From positions 480,001-544,000 of the forward strand of contig OZ245742.1 of the NCBI GenBank assembly GCA_965227295.1: a stretch of DNA of 64,000 nt. The letters run 5' to 3'. Shown here in pieces: positions 49,393 through 58,754 of the stretch. Origin of the DNA: Leptonemataceae bacterium (GTDB taxonomy: Bacteria; Spirochaetota; Leptospiria; Leptospirales; Leptonemataceae). Both the position numbers and the translations under genes were made by a program. A model generated the notes under the pieces. It did not search any database, was not told where the DNA came from, and saw nothing but the letters and a program-made list of their open reading frames with translations. Position 1 is the stretch's first letter, and the number at the start of each line of letters is the position of its first letter.

Positions 49393-49554
49393 GGATAACG
49401 TCCCGAATCTTTCGCGAAAAGGTGGGTTCTCCTCACCTGACCTCCGGCGATCATTTGTTCCTTCAGCACCTCCCGCAACAGGTCGATGTTGAGATACTTG
49501 CGTGAACTCCAGTTCGTCGCCGCCACATGCCGCGCCGCGACCAACGCCAGGCCA
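49393..49554 (-). mobile_element. IS256 family remnant (transposase C-terminus and right end)
   Basis: DGLALVAARHVAATNWSSRKYLNIDLL resembles IS256-family transposase C-termini; IR-like end ggataacgtcccgaatctttcgcgaa. Confidence 0.65.
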
Positions 49555-49974
49555 TCCACCAATCCGGGGAGTCCGCCCAAGGACTTCCCCCACTTACGCC
49601 ACTTTCCTGACATTTTTCGCAAGCATTGTCTTGCAAAAATTCATTCCCCAATCCATTCTATGTCTTCGCGCTCAACAAGCGCGCCGGATTCTCGGTTCGT
49701 AACCAAACTCCGGCCATCCGTTCTTTAACAGAACGCAACGAATCCCGAACGGGTCCGTTGCGTAAAAACAAGCCGCCCTCGCCCGGCGTTAGCAATTCCG
49801 CACACGTGTGCGGAATTCAAGGTCGCGCGCATCACCACTGCTAACCTGTGAATAACAAGCGTTAGGGACACGCAGGGTGGCGAAGCCAGTCTCGCGCAGC
49901 GAGACCGAAGCGAAGCGGAGCCCGGAGTGGCCCGACGGCCCGCCGCCTCCGCGGCGCGGCGGGCCGGAACGCCC
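49555..49974 (+). repeat. ~420-bp structured non-coding element, copy 2
   Basis: Direct repeat of 43160-43580; 3' third essentially identical. Confidence 0.92.
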
Positions 49975-49977
49975 AGA

Positions 49978-50071
49978 GAAGTCACCGGCATCTCCGGCCT
50001 CGGCTCGCAACTCACGGGCATGTTGCAGAAGCAGATGGCAAAGAAAGCCGCGCGCAACGGGCCGATGGGCA
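49978..50071 (+). pseudogene. 94-bp internal fragment of the toxin gene
   Basis: EVTGISGLGSQLTGMLQKQMAKKAARNGPMG; matches 35254-35347. Confidence 0.9.
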
Positions 50072-50209
50072 CCTTACCAGGCATCAGTCTTTTCTTTTCT
50101 CCGACGAAACTCGAAAGTACCGAAAGATTGACGTCCACGAAACCGTAGCACAAAAGATCCATCGGCGCGCCGATGAAGCCGTTGCCACGCCGAAGGAGAC
50201 GAACACGAA

Positions 50210-50923
50210 TTGCGCCACACCCTCCTCCCGGCCCTCCTCTTCCTCGTCGCCTGTCACGCCGGCAATCCCCTGGTCCGTCCGGACGATCCCGGAAATCCGG
50301 ACGCCGCTTACGTAGTCTTCCGCCTCGTCTACGGACACGGCGAGACGCCGTTGCATTTCGGAAACTACTTCCGCGAGCGCATGCGGCGTTACGTGCCCGT
50401 GTCGCAGCCCATCCACAATTACGCGTCAACCCTGGCGATCACCAGCCCGTACGGCCGCCGGCACAAACTCGAGGTCCAGAACGAATGGTACATCCTGCGA
50501 TTTGAGGACGGCGGCAGCGGACGCAGCGTCTATCTGCGCGAACTACAGGCACAACTCACGTACAGCGGCAGCGAAATCGCCGGGAACCCGTTCACCGAAC
50601 TATTCACGGCGGAACGATCCTTTCGTTACGAAGAAGTACGCCAGGGCGAAACAACCGTACGCCAGGAAGTTCCCATCGTGCGGTTCACAAAAACGATTCC
50701 CATTCATACAACCATCGCCGTACTCCCGCGCACCCTGGTCTACGGCGGCGATCTCTACATCAGCGAAGATCCGCAACGACCGAATACAGACTTGCGCTGT
50801 AGATGGGAACCGGGTATGAATGACGAAACTCTGCGCCGCTTCTTAAGCGAACGTTATCTTTACACCGGGCTCGCGGACTTACCCCGCCGGCACCGTCCCA
50901 TGCAGAGCCCCTGTCAGTCATGA
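50210..50923 (+). CDS. Putative lipoprotein
   Basis: Lipobox LFLVAC; LVYGGDLYI motif; TTG start. Confidence 0.65.
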   Translation: MRHTLLPALLFLVACHAGNPLVRPDDPGNPDAAYVVFRLVYGHGETPLHFGNYFRERMRRYVPVSQPIHNYASTLAITSPYGRRHKLEVQNEWYILRFEDGGSGRSVYLRELQAQLTYSGSEIAGNPFTELFTAERSFRYEEVRQGETTVRQEVPIVRFTKTIPIHTTIAVLPRTLVYGGDLYISEDPQRPNTDLRCRWEPGMNDETLRRFLSERYLYTGLADLPRRHRPMQSPCQS

Positions 50924-51582
50924 AGCATCTCAACTTTCTCATCCAACCATCCGCGTACTTCGCAAACACCCACACGCCGCGCGCCGGCTTTCTCATCGTC
51001 GGTATCGTCATCGGCGTCATGACGCTGCTCGTGCTCATCAGCGAGTTTCTGCCGCGCGTGGAGTCCTCCGCGACGGACGGCTCCGCAAATTCAGAACAGT
51101 TCGAGGAAATCCGCAACTCCGCGGACTTCGATCTGCCGCCGACTGCCGGTGCTTCGCGCTGGTACGTGAAGCCGTTGTTCTTTCCAATTTTGTGGATGAT
51201 CTTTCTTGCGTACTGCAGTGGGGCGCGTCTGCTCTTCGCAACGATTCTCGGCGAAACGAAGGCCGCGGGCCGCGGCCTGCTTGCGAGCGGCAGCGTCAGC
51301 GTTCTCGCCGCCGTGCCCATCGTCATTGCCGGCGGTCTCCTGAGCGCGTACACCACAATCGTCCCGCACGGCAGCCTGGCCGGCGGCGACGTTGCGGACC
51401 TGGCCGCGCGGCTCTCGCTCAGCTTCGGCGCGTTGTTTCTCGCGTTTCTGTGGGAAGGGCTGATCGCCGTCGCCGGTTACCGCGCGGTACTGGAACAGAA
51501 TCGCGGCCGGGCCGTGCTCATGTGGCTCGTCCCGTACTTCGGCTGCGTCGGAATTGCGATTCTGTTGAATCTCTTCACATAA
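50920..51582 (+). CDS. Yip1-like multi-pass membrane protein
   Basis: LIQPSAYF N-terminus, about 5 TMs, GRAVLMWLVP. Confidence 0.55.
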   Translation: MKHLNFLIQPSAYFANTHTPRAGFLIVGIVIGVMTLLVLISEFLPRVESSATDGSANSEQFEEIRNSADFDLPPTAGASRWYVKPLFFPILWMIFLAYCSGARLLFATILGETKAAGRGLLASGSVSVLAAVPIVIAGGLLSAYTTIVPHGSLAGGDVADLAARLSLSFGALFLAFLWEGLIAVAGYRAVLEQNRGRAVLMWLVPYFGCVGIAILLNLFT

Positions 51583-51648
51583 TCCGGGACGCTCCGTCCC
51601 CTAAAAGAACGCTTGCATCGGCCGTGTACACGCCGGACATTGGAACGG

Positions 51649-52221
51649 ATGCGGAAGATCCTGCTCCTCGTCGCCGCGGCGCTCACGGCCGCCGTCTCCC
51701 TCGTTGCCGACTACGGAAGCTCCCGCTACCTCAATCACGACTACAGCGTCTACGTACCGGCCCATCCGGAGACCGTCGCGAGTTTCATCCTCGATCCGTC
51801 CCGGCAGGCCGAGTGGGTCCGCGTGCCGCGCTTTCGTCTACAGCGGGTCGAGGTCGTCGACGCCGACGCCGGCCAATTGATCTACCACCTCAATCCCGAA
51901 TCCCCGGGGCCCGGCACGCCTCCGAACGTTGCGGTTCCCGTCGAAAGCCGACGCGTGGATCTGCCCGGACGCGTGCGCATTCTCTTCATATTACAGTATC
52001 CGGGCGGACCGAACGGCGAGACGATGCTGGTCTATCAGTTCCAGTTAAAACAGGTCAACGATCTCACCTACGTGAACCTCCTGTTAAGTGAGGACCAGAA
52101 GGAGTACGCCCTGGCTTACAAGATTCTGCAACGCAAGCCACGCCTGGACGAACTCGAACCGGCCGGCCGGGCCACTCAGAAAAATCTGCTGCGCATCATT
52201 GAAGCCGGAGCCGCGCGGTGA
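51649..52221 (+). CDS. Membrane-anchored SRPBCC/START-like protein (pair 2)
   Basis: Signal/TM, then YSVYVPAHPETVASFILDPSRQAEW; stop overlaps the GT87 start. Confidence 0.55.
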   Translation: MRKILLLVAAALTAAVSLVADYGSSRYLNHDYSVYVPAHPETVASFILDPSRQAEWVRVPRFRLQRVEVVDADAGQLIYHLNPESPGPGTPPNVAVPVESRRVDLPGRVRILFILQYPGGPNGETMLVYQFQLKQVNDLTYVNLLLSEDQKEYALAYKILQRKPRLDELEPAGRATQKNLLRIIEAGAAR

Positions 52222-53516
52222 ACGAAGTCCCGAACAAAACCGTGCGCCCCCTGGACGTAATCTTGCTCATCGCCTGCGGGCTGATCGCGCTCTCCGCCAT
52301 TACGCATCGTTTCGCCACGACGTTCATGGGCGGCCAGCCGGACTTCATCCCCGTCTACGTCGCCGCACAACTCTACAATCGCGGGGACATCGCGGCGATC
52401 TACGATCACACACCCTACGGAACGCACAAGGCCGACGAGTGGGTCGAGGTGGAAAGCCAGGTGCCTAACGGCAACTGGCAGACGGTTTATCCGTACGCGC
52501 CGGTCTATCTGCTGCCCGTCGCGGCGCTGGTACAGTTCGTCAGTTATCATACCGCGGTCATCGTGCTCTACAGCTTCAACGCGGCCCTGGTGCTCGGGCT
52601 CTCCGTGGGCCTGGCCTTATATCTGCCGTTGCCGAACATTACGGCCCGGGCGGCCCTGGTCATCTTTCTCTGCACGGCCCATGCCGCGGTGAACGTGCTC
52701 TGGCTCGGCCAGAACTTCATGGTCTGCCTGCTGGGACTCGCGCTCTTCGGACGGGATTATCTGCACGGACAAACCTGGCGCGCCGCGCTCTGGTTTTTAC
52801 TGGCCAACGTTTCGAAACCCTGGGCCGCCGCGTTTCTCCTGTTGCCGTTCCTGCGCCGCGACTACAAAAGCACCGCGCTCTACGGCGGCGCGTTGCTGTT
52901 CTTCTTTGGCGTCCAGTACCTCTGGCAACCCGAGCTCGTACAGGGATACATCGAAATCACGCGATCGCATACGGGCATTACGATTCTGGCCGCGAACAAT
53001 CACAGCCTCTCCGCCGGACTCACGCGTTTGCTGGTCCCGGGCTGGACCGCGTTCTACGACTGGACCAACGCCGGGGCGGAGTTTTTCAGCGCGAAGTTCA
53101 TTCGCTACGCGCTGATTCCGCCGGTGGTGCTGGTCGGCTGGATCACCCGGGACGATCGCCTGCGCGCCCATGCCACGGTGCTCACGCTCTTTTTACTCGG
53201 GAACGTATTCTGGGATTTTTACGGCCTGCTCATGTTGCCCTTCGTCATGTACACGATCGTCGAAACCAGACAGCCCGCCTACCGCGTATTGCTTCTGATC
53301 GGCGTGTTCATCACCTACTGGCTTTCCCACATCGTCGTGTATCAAATCGCCGCGGAGACTTTGCTCAGTCGCGTTAGCTTACGCCAGGCAGAAGTTACCG
53401 TCGCACTCTACTCATTGGTACCCGCCGCGCTCTACGGTTTCTCGTTCGTGCATCACATCCGGCGGAGCGGCAAACTCAACTGGCGCGAGCGCCTCTTTGA
53501 TTTTCGGTCCGCATGA
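52218..53516 (+). CDS. GT87-like glycosyltransferase (pair 2)
   Basis: PDFIPVY, YPYAP, LGQN, KPW, NHSL, FWDFY. Confidence 0.8.
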   Translation: MNEVPNKTVRPLDVILLIACGLIALSAITHRFATTFMGGQPDFIPVYVAAQLYNRGDIAAIYDHTPYGTHKADEWVEVESQVPNGNWQTVYPYAPVYLLPVAALVQFVSYHTAVIVLYSFNAALVLGLSVGLALYLPLPNITARAALVIFLCTAHAAVNVLWLGQNFMVCLLGLALFGRDYLHGQTWRAALWFLLANVSKPWAAAFLLLPFLRRDYKSTALYGGALLFFFGVQYLWQPELVQGYIEITRSHTGITILAANNHSLSAGLTRLLVPGWTAFYDWTNAGAEFFSAKFIRYALIPPVVLVGWITRDDRLRAHATVLTLFLLGNVFWDFYGLLMLPFVMYTIVETRQPAYRVLLLIGVFITYWLSHIVVYQIAAETLLSRVSLRQAEVTVALYSLVPAALYGFSFVHHIRRSGKLNWRERLFDFRSA

Positions 53517-54061
53517 TGCAGCGTTATCTGCCGACATACCTCATCGTGCTCGCCGTCTGCGGTGGCACCTACGCGGTGACGAACTACCAGCAGGCCGGTA
53601 TGTTCATGGATCGCCGGGTCTACGCCGATGTCGCACCGGCCGTCGTCGCGGATACGATCTTCGACGTACGCACGCACCGGAACTGGCTGCGTATTCCGGA
53701 GCATACGATCACGAGCGCCGCACGTACCGAGGCCGGGCACGGCGTCGATTACACCCTGGCACCGAACGACGGCGGGGCGGAAATTACGGCGCGGGCGGAG
53801 CTCCAGGCCATCAACGAGGATCGACACCACATCGCACTGATCCTTCCCGTAGCCGACCGGCGCTACGCCTACCGCTTCGTACTCAAGGCCGTGGGCGAGC
53901 GCACCGTCATCCAGATGCTGCTCAGTGAAGACCTGAGCCGCACGTCCGCGGAGCGCCGGTTGTTTCCGCATCTCGTTTTGCCCCTGCTCGAAGACGTCAC
54001 CGAAGACAGCCAGAACGCCCTGCTGGAATTCCTGGCGACACGCTCCGGAGACAACGAATGA
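53513..54061 (+). CDS. Membrane-anchored SRPBCC/START-like protein (pair 3)
   Basis: TM, then RRVYADVAPAVVADTIFDVRTHRNW; translationally coupled on both sides. Confidence 0.55.
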   Translation: MMQRYLPTYLIVLAVCGGTYAVTNYQQAGMFMDRRVYADVAPAVVADTIFDVRTHRNWLRIPEHTITSAARTEAGHGVDYTLAPNDGGAEITARAELQAINEDRHHIALILPVADRRYAYRFVLKAVGERTVIQMLLSEDLSRTSAERRLFPHLVLPLLEDVTEDSQNALLEFLATRSGDNE

Positions 54062-55338
54062 GCGCGCAATTCCGTCAGAACGCGTTCTTGCTGGCGTGCG
54101 TACTCACGGCCTTAGCTCCGTTTCTGTACAACTTAAGCTACTCCCGCAGCGTCGGCCAGACGGACCTCGTGCCCGTCATCACCGCGGCGCACCTCTTTAA
54201 CGCGGGGGAGTACGCCGCCATCTACGACCACGCCCCGTACGAAAATACCACGCCCGAGGCCTGGATCGCAGTCGAAAAGACGCTGCCCAACGGCACCTGG
54301 CAGACGGTCTATCCGTACACCCCGGCCTACCTGCTGCCGTTCGCGCTGCTGGTCCGTCTGTTCGAGTACATGACCGTCGTACAAATCGTATTTCTCCTGA
54401 ACTTAGCGATCGTCGGCGCCGGGGCCGTCCTCGCCGCGCGTCGGCTGAGTGATCGGCCGCTGGTCCAGGGCCTGGTCATCTGGTTCATTTGCTCGTCCAC
54501 GGCGGCCGGCGCGCCGGTAAAACTCGGACAGAATTTTCTCATCTGTGCGGCGGCGCTCTACGGATTCACGACGGCCTACCTGAACGATCGCCGCGGCCGG
54601 GCCGTGCTCTGGTTTCTCATCGCCGCCGCGGCGAAACCCTGGGCCGCCGCGTTCTTAATGTTGCCGTTTCTGCGCCGCGACTACAAAAGCACCGCTCTCT
54701 TCGCCGGAACGCTCTGCGCTTTCGTCGGCGCCCAGTATCTCTGGAACCCCGAACTCTTTCACGGCTACATTCACATCACACGCTCGCATACGGCGCTGTC
54801 GATTCTCGCCGCGAACAATCACAGCCTCTCCGCCGGACTCACGCGCCTGCTCACTCCCGGCTGGCCCGCTTTTAACACCTACGCAAACGCCGGCGCCGAA
54901 ATGCTCGCCACGAAACTCATTCGTTACGCGCTCATCCTGCCGGTCATTGCGGCCGGCTGGATTGCCCGCCATGATCGCATCCGGGTGCAGGCGACGGTGA
55001 CGGTGATCTTTCTGCTCGGCAACGTGTTCTGGGATTTTTACGGCCTGCTGCTCATGCCGTTCTTTTTACTGACGGCGCTGGAAACGCGACATCGCGGCGC
55101 GGCCGTCCTGTGGTGGCTGCTCGGTTTCGCGACGTTGTGGATCTGGCACGCGCACATCTACGAGGCCGCCGCCCGACACCTGGTGTATCGCATGGAACTG
55201 CGCAGTGTCGAAATCATTGTGGCGTTGTACTCGCTGCTGCCCGCGGCCCTTTATCTGGGCATGTTCGTCGAACAATGCCGGCGCAACGACGTGTTTTCAC
55301 GGGGCTGGTTGCAGAGATTGTTTGTATTGCGAGATTAA
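54058..55338 (+). CDS. GT87-like glycosyltransferase (pair 3)
   Basis: Close paralogue of 52218 (KPWAAAFL.LPFLRRDYKSTAL, ILAANNHSLSAGLTRLL). Confidence 0.8.
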   Translation: MSAQFRQNAFLLACVLTALAPFLYNLSYSRSVGQTDLVPVITAAHLFNAGEYAAIYDHAPYENTTPEAWIAVEKTLPNGTWQTVYPYTPAYLLPFALLVRLFEYMTVVQIVFLLNLAIVGAGAVLAARRLSDRPLVQGLVIWFICSSTAAGAPVKLGQNFLICAAALYGFTTAYLNDRRGRAVLWFLIAAAAKPWAAAFLMLPFLRRDYKSTALFAGTLCAFVGAQYLWNPELFHGYIHITRSHTALSILAANNHSLSAGLTRLLTPGWPAFNTYANAGAEMLATKLIRYALILPVIAAGWIARHDRIRVQATVTVIFLLGNVFWDFYGLLLMPFFLLTALETRHRGAAVLWWLLGFATLWIWHAHIYEAAARHLVYRMELRSVEIIVALYSLLPAALYLGMFVEQCRRNDVFSRGWLQRLFVLRD

Positions 55339-55353
55339 GTTTGCAGGGTTGAT

Positions 55354-56283
55354 TCATCGCGCAATCGCTTCGTAAAAAACGCCCGGGTGTTCCCGGTACA
55401 TCGCCTCGCGGCCGTAGCGCTGCACGAAGTTCGCCCGTGCGTAGTTCGCGTTGCGCTCGTGATCCTCGTAAGCGACGGCGAACGTAAGTTTAGAGCGCGT
55501 CCAGTCGAACACGAAGAAGTAGTCGTCCGTATTCGCGGGACGCAGCGCCGCGGCCAGGGCGCCGTCGCTGAAGAACGCGATGGGCGTCGGCGGCAGACCG
55601 CGGCGGCGATAGGCGTTGTACGGCGAGTCGAACTTCAGATCGTCCAGCAACAGGAACGCGCGATGATAACCCAGGGCATACTCCACGGTCGGGCACGACC
55701 CCAGGTAATCGTTCTTCGCCAGGCGATTCACAAAAACCGAGGCCACACGTTCGTAACGCCGATTCGCCACGGCCTCTTTCTCGACGATGCTCGCGAGGAC
55801 CAGGCGTTCGTACGGGCTCAGTTGCAATCGCGGCGCGCCGGCACCGGCGGCGTTCTCCATTCCCGCGAATCGAGCGGCACCGCGTTCCAGCATCGCGCGC
55901 AGCATGTCCGGCGCGCGCTCCCCGGCTTCGAAACGATATCGTCCGGGTACAAACAATCCTTCGAAGCGAGCCAGGGCGTCCGGCGCGCCCTCCGTGAGAG
56001 CCGGCGGCGTGTAGGGCAGGCCGTCGAAGATCGCGTTGTCCCGCGCGATTTCGGCGACGACGGAACAACGGAGCGGCGTATCATCCAGGCGCGCGCACCA
56101 TCGCGAGACTCGTTCGCCCGCGCGGATTTCGAAATCCAGCGGGCCTCCGGCAATGTACTCCGGCGGATCGGCCTCGCCGCAGGTACACAGTGCGATCAGC
56201 AGAAAAATCGGACCGGTGGTCCACTTTTTCCGGGATTCGGACCACCTGGTAAAAAAACGGTTGCATCGAAACGGAAACATCAT
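55354..56283 (-). CDS. mltG: Endolytic transglycosylase MltG (YceG-like)
   Basis: FEGLFVPGRY, LASIVEKEA, VASVFVNRL, SPYNAY...GLPPTPI. Confidence 0.85.
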   Translation of the reverse strand: MMFPFRCNRFFTRWSESRKKWTTGPIFLLIALCTCGEADPPEYIAGGPLDFEIRAGERVSRWCARLDDTPLRCSVVAEIARDNAIFDGLPYTPPALTEGAPDALARFEGLFVPGRYRFEAGERAPDMLRAMLERGAARFAGMENAAGAGAPRLQLSPYERLVLASIVEKEAVANRRYERVASVFVNRLAKNDYLGSCPTVEYALGYHRAFLLLDDLKFDSPYNAYRRRGLPPTPIAFFSDGALAAALRPANTDDYFFVFDWTRSKLTFAVAYEDHERNANYARANFVQRYGREAMYREHPGVFYEAIAR

Positions 56284-56317
56284 TCTATTCCGGGTAACAT
56301 CTTTCCGGGAGACCAGC

Positions 56318-57787
56318 GTGGCAAACGAAACTCACAAGCAACACGGCATCGCCGTTGCCGGCGTACCGAACACTTCCGCCGATGATATCCGGCGCACCTT
56401 CGAGCTACAGCGTCCCGTGCGCATCGCCCTGCGTTCCAGCACGGCGAAGCAGCGCATCCGGAAACTCAAGGCCCTCAAGAAAGCCGTCCTGTCCACGAAA
56501 CACGAACTCGAACAGGCCCTGGTGGACGACTTCCGCAAACCGCCCGTGGAAACCGACCTCACCGAAACCATGCTGGTCATCTCCGAAATCAACGCCGCCG
56601 TGCGCGAGCTGCGCCACTGGATGCGTCCGCAACGCGTGGGCACGCCCATGACCCTGCTGGGCACCCGTTCCGAGCTGCGCTACGAACCCCGCGGCACCGT
56701 GCTCATCATCGCCCCGTGGAACTATCCGTTCCAGCTCGCGCTCGCGCCGCTGGTGGCGTCCATCGCCGCGGGCAACACAAACATCGTCAAACCGTCCGAG
56801 TTTACGCCGCATACGTCGGCCTACATTAAGAAACTCATCGCCATGGTTTTTACGGAGGACGAGTGCGCCGTCCTGGAAGGCGACCACACGGTTTCGCAGG
56901 AACTGCTCAAGCTCCCGTTCGATCACATCGTGTTCACCGGCTCCACGAACATCGGCAAAGTGGTCATGGAGGCCGCCTCTAAACATCTGTCCACCGTAAC
57001 CTTAGAACTGGGCGGCAAATCACCGGCAATCATCGACGACACGGCGGACCTCAAGACCGCGGCGAAACGCATCATGTGGGGTAAGTTCGTGAACGGCGGA
57101 CAAACCTGCGTGGCCCCGGACTACGTGCTCATCCCCGACGATCGCGTCGACGAGTTCGTGCAGCACGCGTCATACTGGACCGAGGAATACTACGGCAAAC
57201 ACGGCGCGGAGCTCCAGCAGAGCGCCGACTTCTGCCGCATCATCAGCAAGAAGCACTACCAGCGTCTCACCGGTCTTTTGCACGAGGCCATGGAAGGCGG
57301 CGCGAAGGTCGCCATGGGCGGCGAAACGGACGGCGACGAAAACTACATCGCGCCCACCATCCTCACCGGCATCACACCGGACGCGAAAATCATGCAGGAA
57401 GAAATCTTCGGGCCCATCCTCCCGGTGCTCACGTACCGCAAGCTGGAAGATGCGCTGGCCTTCATCAACGAACGCGACAAACCCCTGGCCATGTACATCT
57501 TTTCGCACAGGGACCGAACCATCGAAACCATGCTTAAGGCCACGTCCTCGGGCGGCACGGTAATCAACGACACGCTCATCCACGCGGCGAACCACCACCT
57601 GCCCTTCGGCGGTGTCAACCACAGCGGCCACGGCTCGTATCACGGCTTCTTCGGATTCCGGGAGCTCTCCCACGAACGCGCGGTATTGCGGCAGTCCCGT
57701 TTCTTTTCGGCGCTGGACCTCCTGTACCCGCCGTACACCGGTTTCGCAAAACGCGTGGCTGATCTCACCCGGCGCTTCTTAGTTTAA
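56318..57787 (+). CDS. Aldehyde dehydrogenase (ALDH3/coniferyl-type)
   Basis: IAPWNYP, FTGS, LELGGKSP, GQTCVAPDY, EEIFGP; GTG start at 56318. Confidence 0.95.
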   Translation: MANETHKQHGIAVAGVPNTSADDIRRTFELQRPVRIALRSSTAKQRIRKLKALKKAVLSTKHELEQALVDDFRKPPVETDLTETMLVISEINAAVRELRHWMRPQRVGTPMTLLGTRSELRYEPRGTVLIIAPWNYPFQLALAPLVASIAAGNTNIVKPSEFTPHTSAYIKKLIAMVFTEDECAVLEGDHTVSQELLKLPFDHIVFTGSTNIGKVVMEAASKHLSTVTLELGGKSPAIIDDTADLKTAAKRIMWGKFVNGGQTCVAPDYVLIPDDRVDEFVQHASYWTEEYYGKHGAELQQSADFCRIISKKHYQRLTGLLHEAMEGGAKVAMGGETDGDENYIAPTILTGITPDAKIMQEEIFGPILPVLTYRKLEDALAFINERDKPLAMYIFSHRDRTIETMLKATSSGGTVINDTLIHAANHHLPFGGVNHSGHGSYHGFFGFRELSHERAVLRQSRFFSALDLLYPPYTGFAKRVADLTRRFLV

Positions 57788-57813
57788 GCTGCTTCGTAGT
57801 TAGCAACGGAACG

Positions 57814-58653
57814 ATGGGTTTTCGCTTCCGAACCGGCGCCGACGTTCCGCGCGAAGTGTACGGCGAGAACGGCGACGCAGCCTACCGCATCGTCTTCGTC
57901 TTCCAGAACGGCGCGCGCCTCATAGACCGCGAGCAGGGCGTAGAACAGGACGTCCCCGCCCCCGGCGCGGCCGCAATTCCACCGCACTGCGACGCGCGCA
58001 TCGAACTCACCGAACCGGCCGGCGCCGTGGTTCTCGAGTACACCGAGGATTTCTTCTGCCTGGGCGACGATCCGGCCGGCCGGCGTTCCACGCTGCTGGA
58101 GCATCCCGTCTTCCGGCAACCCACCGCCCTCGGGCTTCCGGAAACGTCCGTGACGTACCTGCGCGACGTCCTCGAACGATTGCGTGAGGACTGCGAAGAC
58201 GACGGCGAGCAGCGCGACGAACTCAGCCGGGCGCATCTTACAATCATCTTACTAAAACTCAGCAAGCTGGTACTAACGCCGCAACCGCTCACCGGCGACG
58301 CCGCCCTCGCTTCGAACCAGGACCGCGGCCGCTTCGAGGAATTTCGTCGATTGGTCGACGCCTCGTTTCGTGAACTGCACCGCCCGGGCGAGTACGCGGA
58401 TCGCCTCTTTTTATCGACGAAGTGCCTGAACGAAATCGTTCGCAAAATCGCCGGCAAGAATCCCACGCAGATGATTCAGGATCGTATCGTGCTGGAAGCG
58501 AAACGCGAACTGCGCAACGGAACGGCGGGAATAAAAGAGATCGCGCGCGACCTGGGCTTCGATGATCCGCAGTACTTCAGTCGTTGGTTCAAAAAAGCGA
58601 CCGGCCTCTCGCCCATGGAGTATCGAGACGATATTGTCCGCGGACGAGCATGA
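57814..58653 (+). CDS. AraC family transcriptional regulator
   Basis: C-terminal IKEIARDLGFDDPQYFSRWFKKATGLSP. Confidence 0.93.
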   Translation: MGFRFRTGADVPREVYGENGDAAYRIVFVFQNGARLIDREQGVEQDVPAPGAAAIPPHCDARIELTEPAGAVVLEYTEDFFCLGDDPAGRRSTLLEHPVFRQPTALGLPETSVTYLRDVLERLREDCEDDGEQRDELSRAHLTIILLKLSKLVLTPQPLTGDAALASNQDRGRFEEFRRLVDASFRELHRPGEYADRLFLSTKCLNEIVRKIAGKNPTQMIQDRIVLEAKRELRNGTAGIKEIARDLGFDDPQYFSRWFKKATGLSPMEYRDDIVRGRA

Positions 58654-58754
58654 CCTCCCGGAATTCGTCCACGTAAAACTCCGATTCGTCCATGTCCGCT
58701 AATGCGACGTCCTCGTATCTTAAGCATCATAACGGCTGACAAACGGAGGACGTC

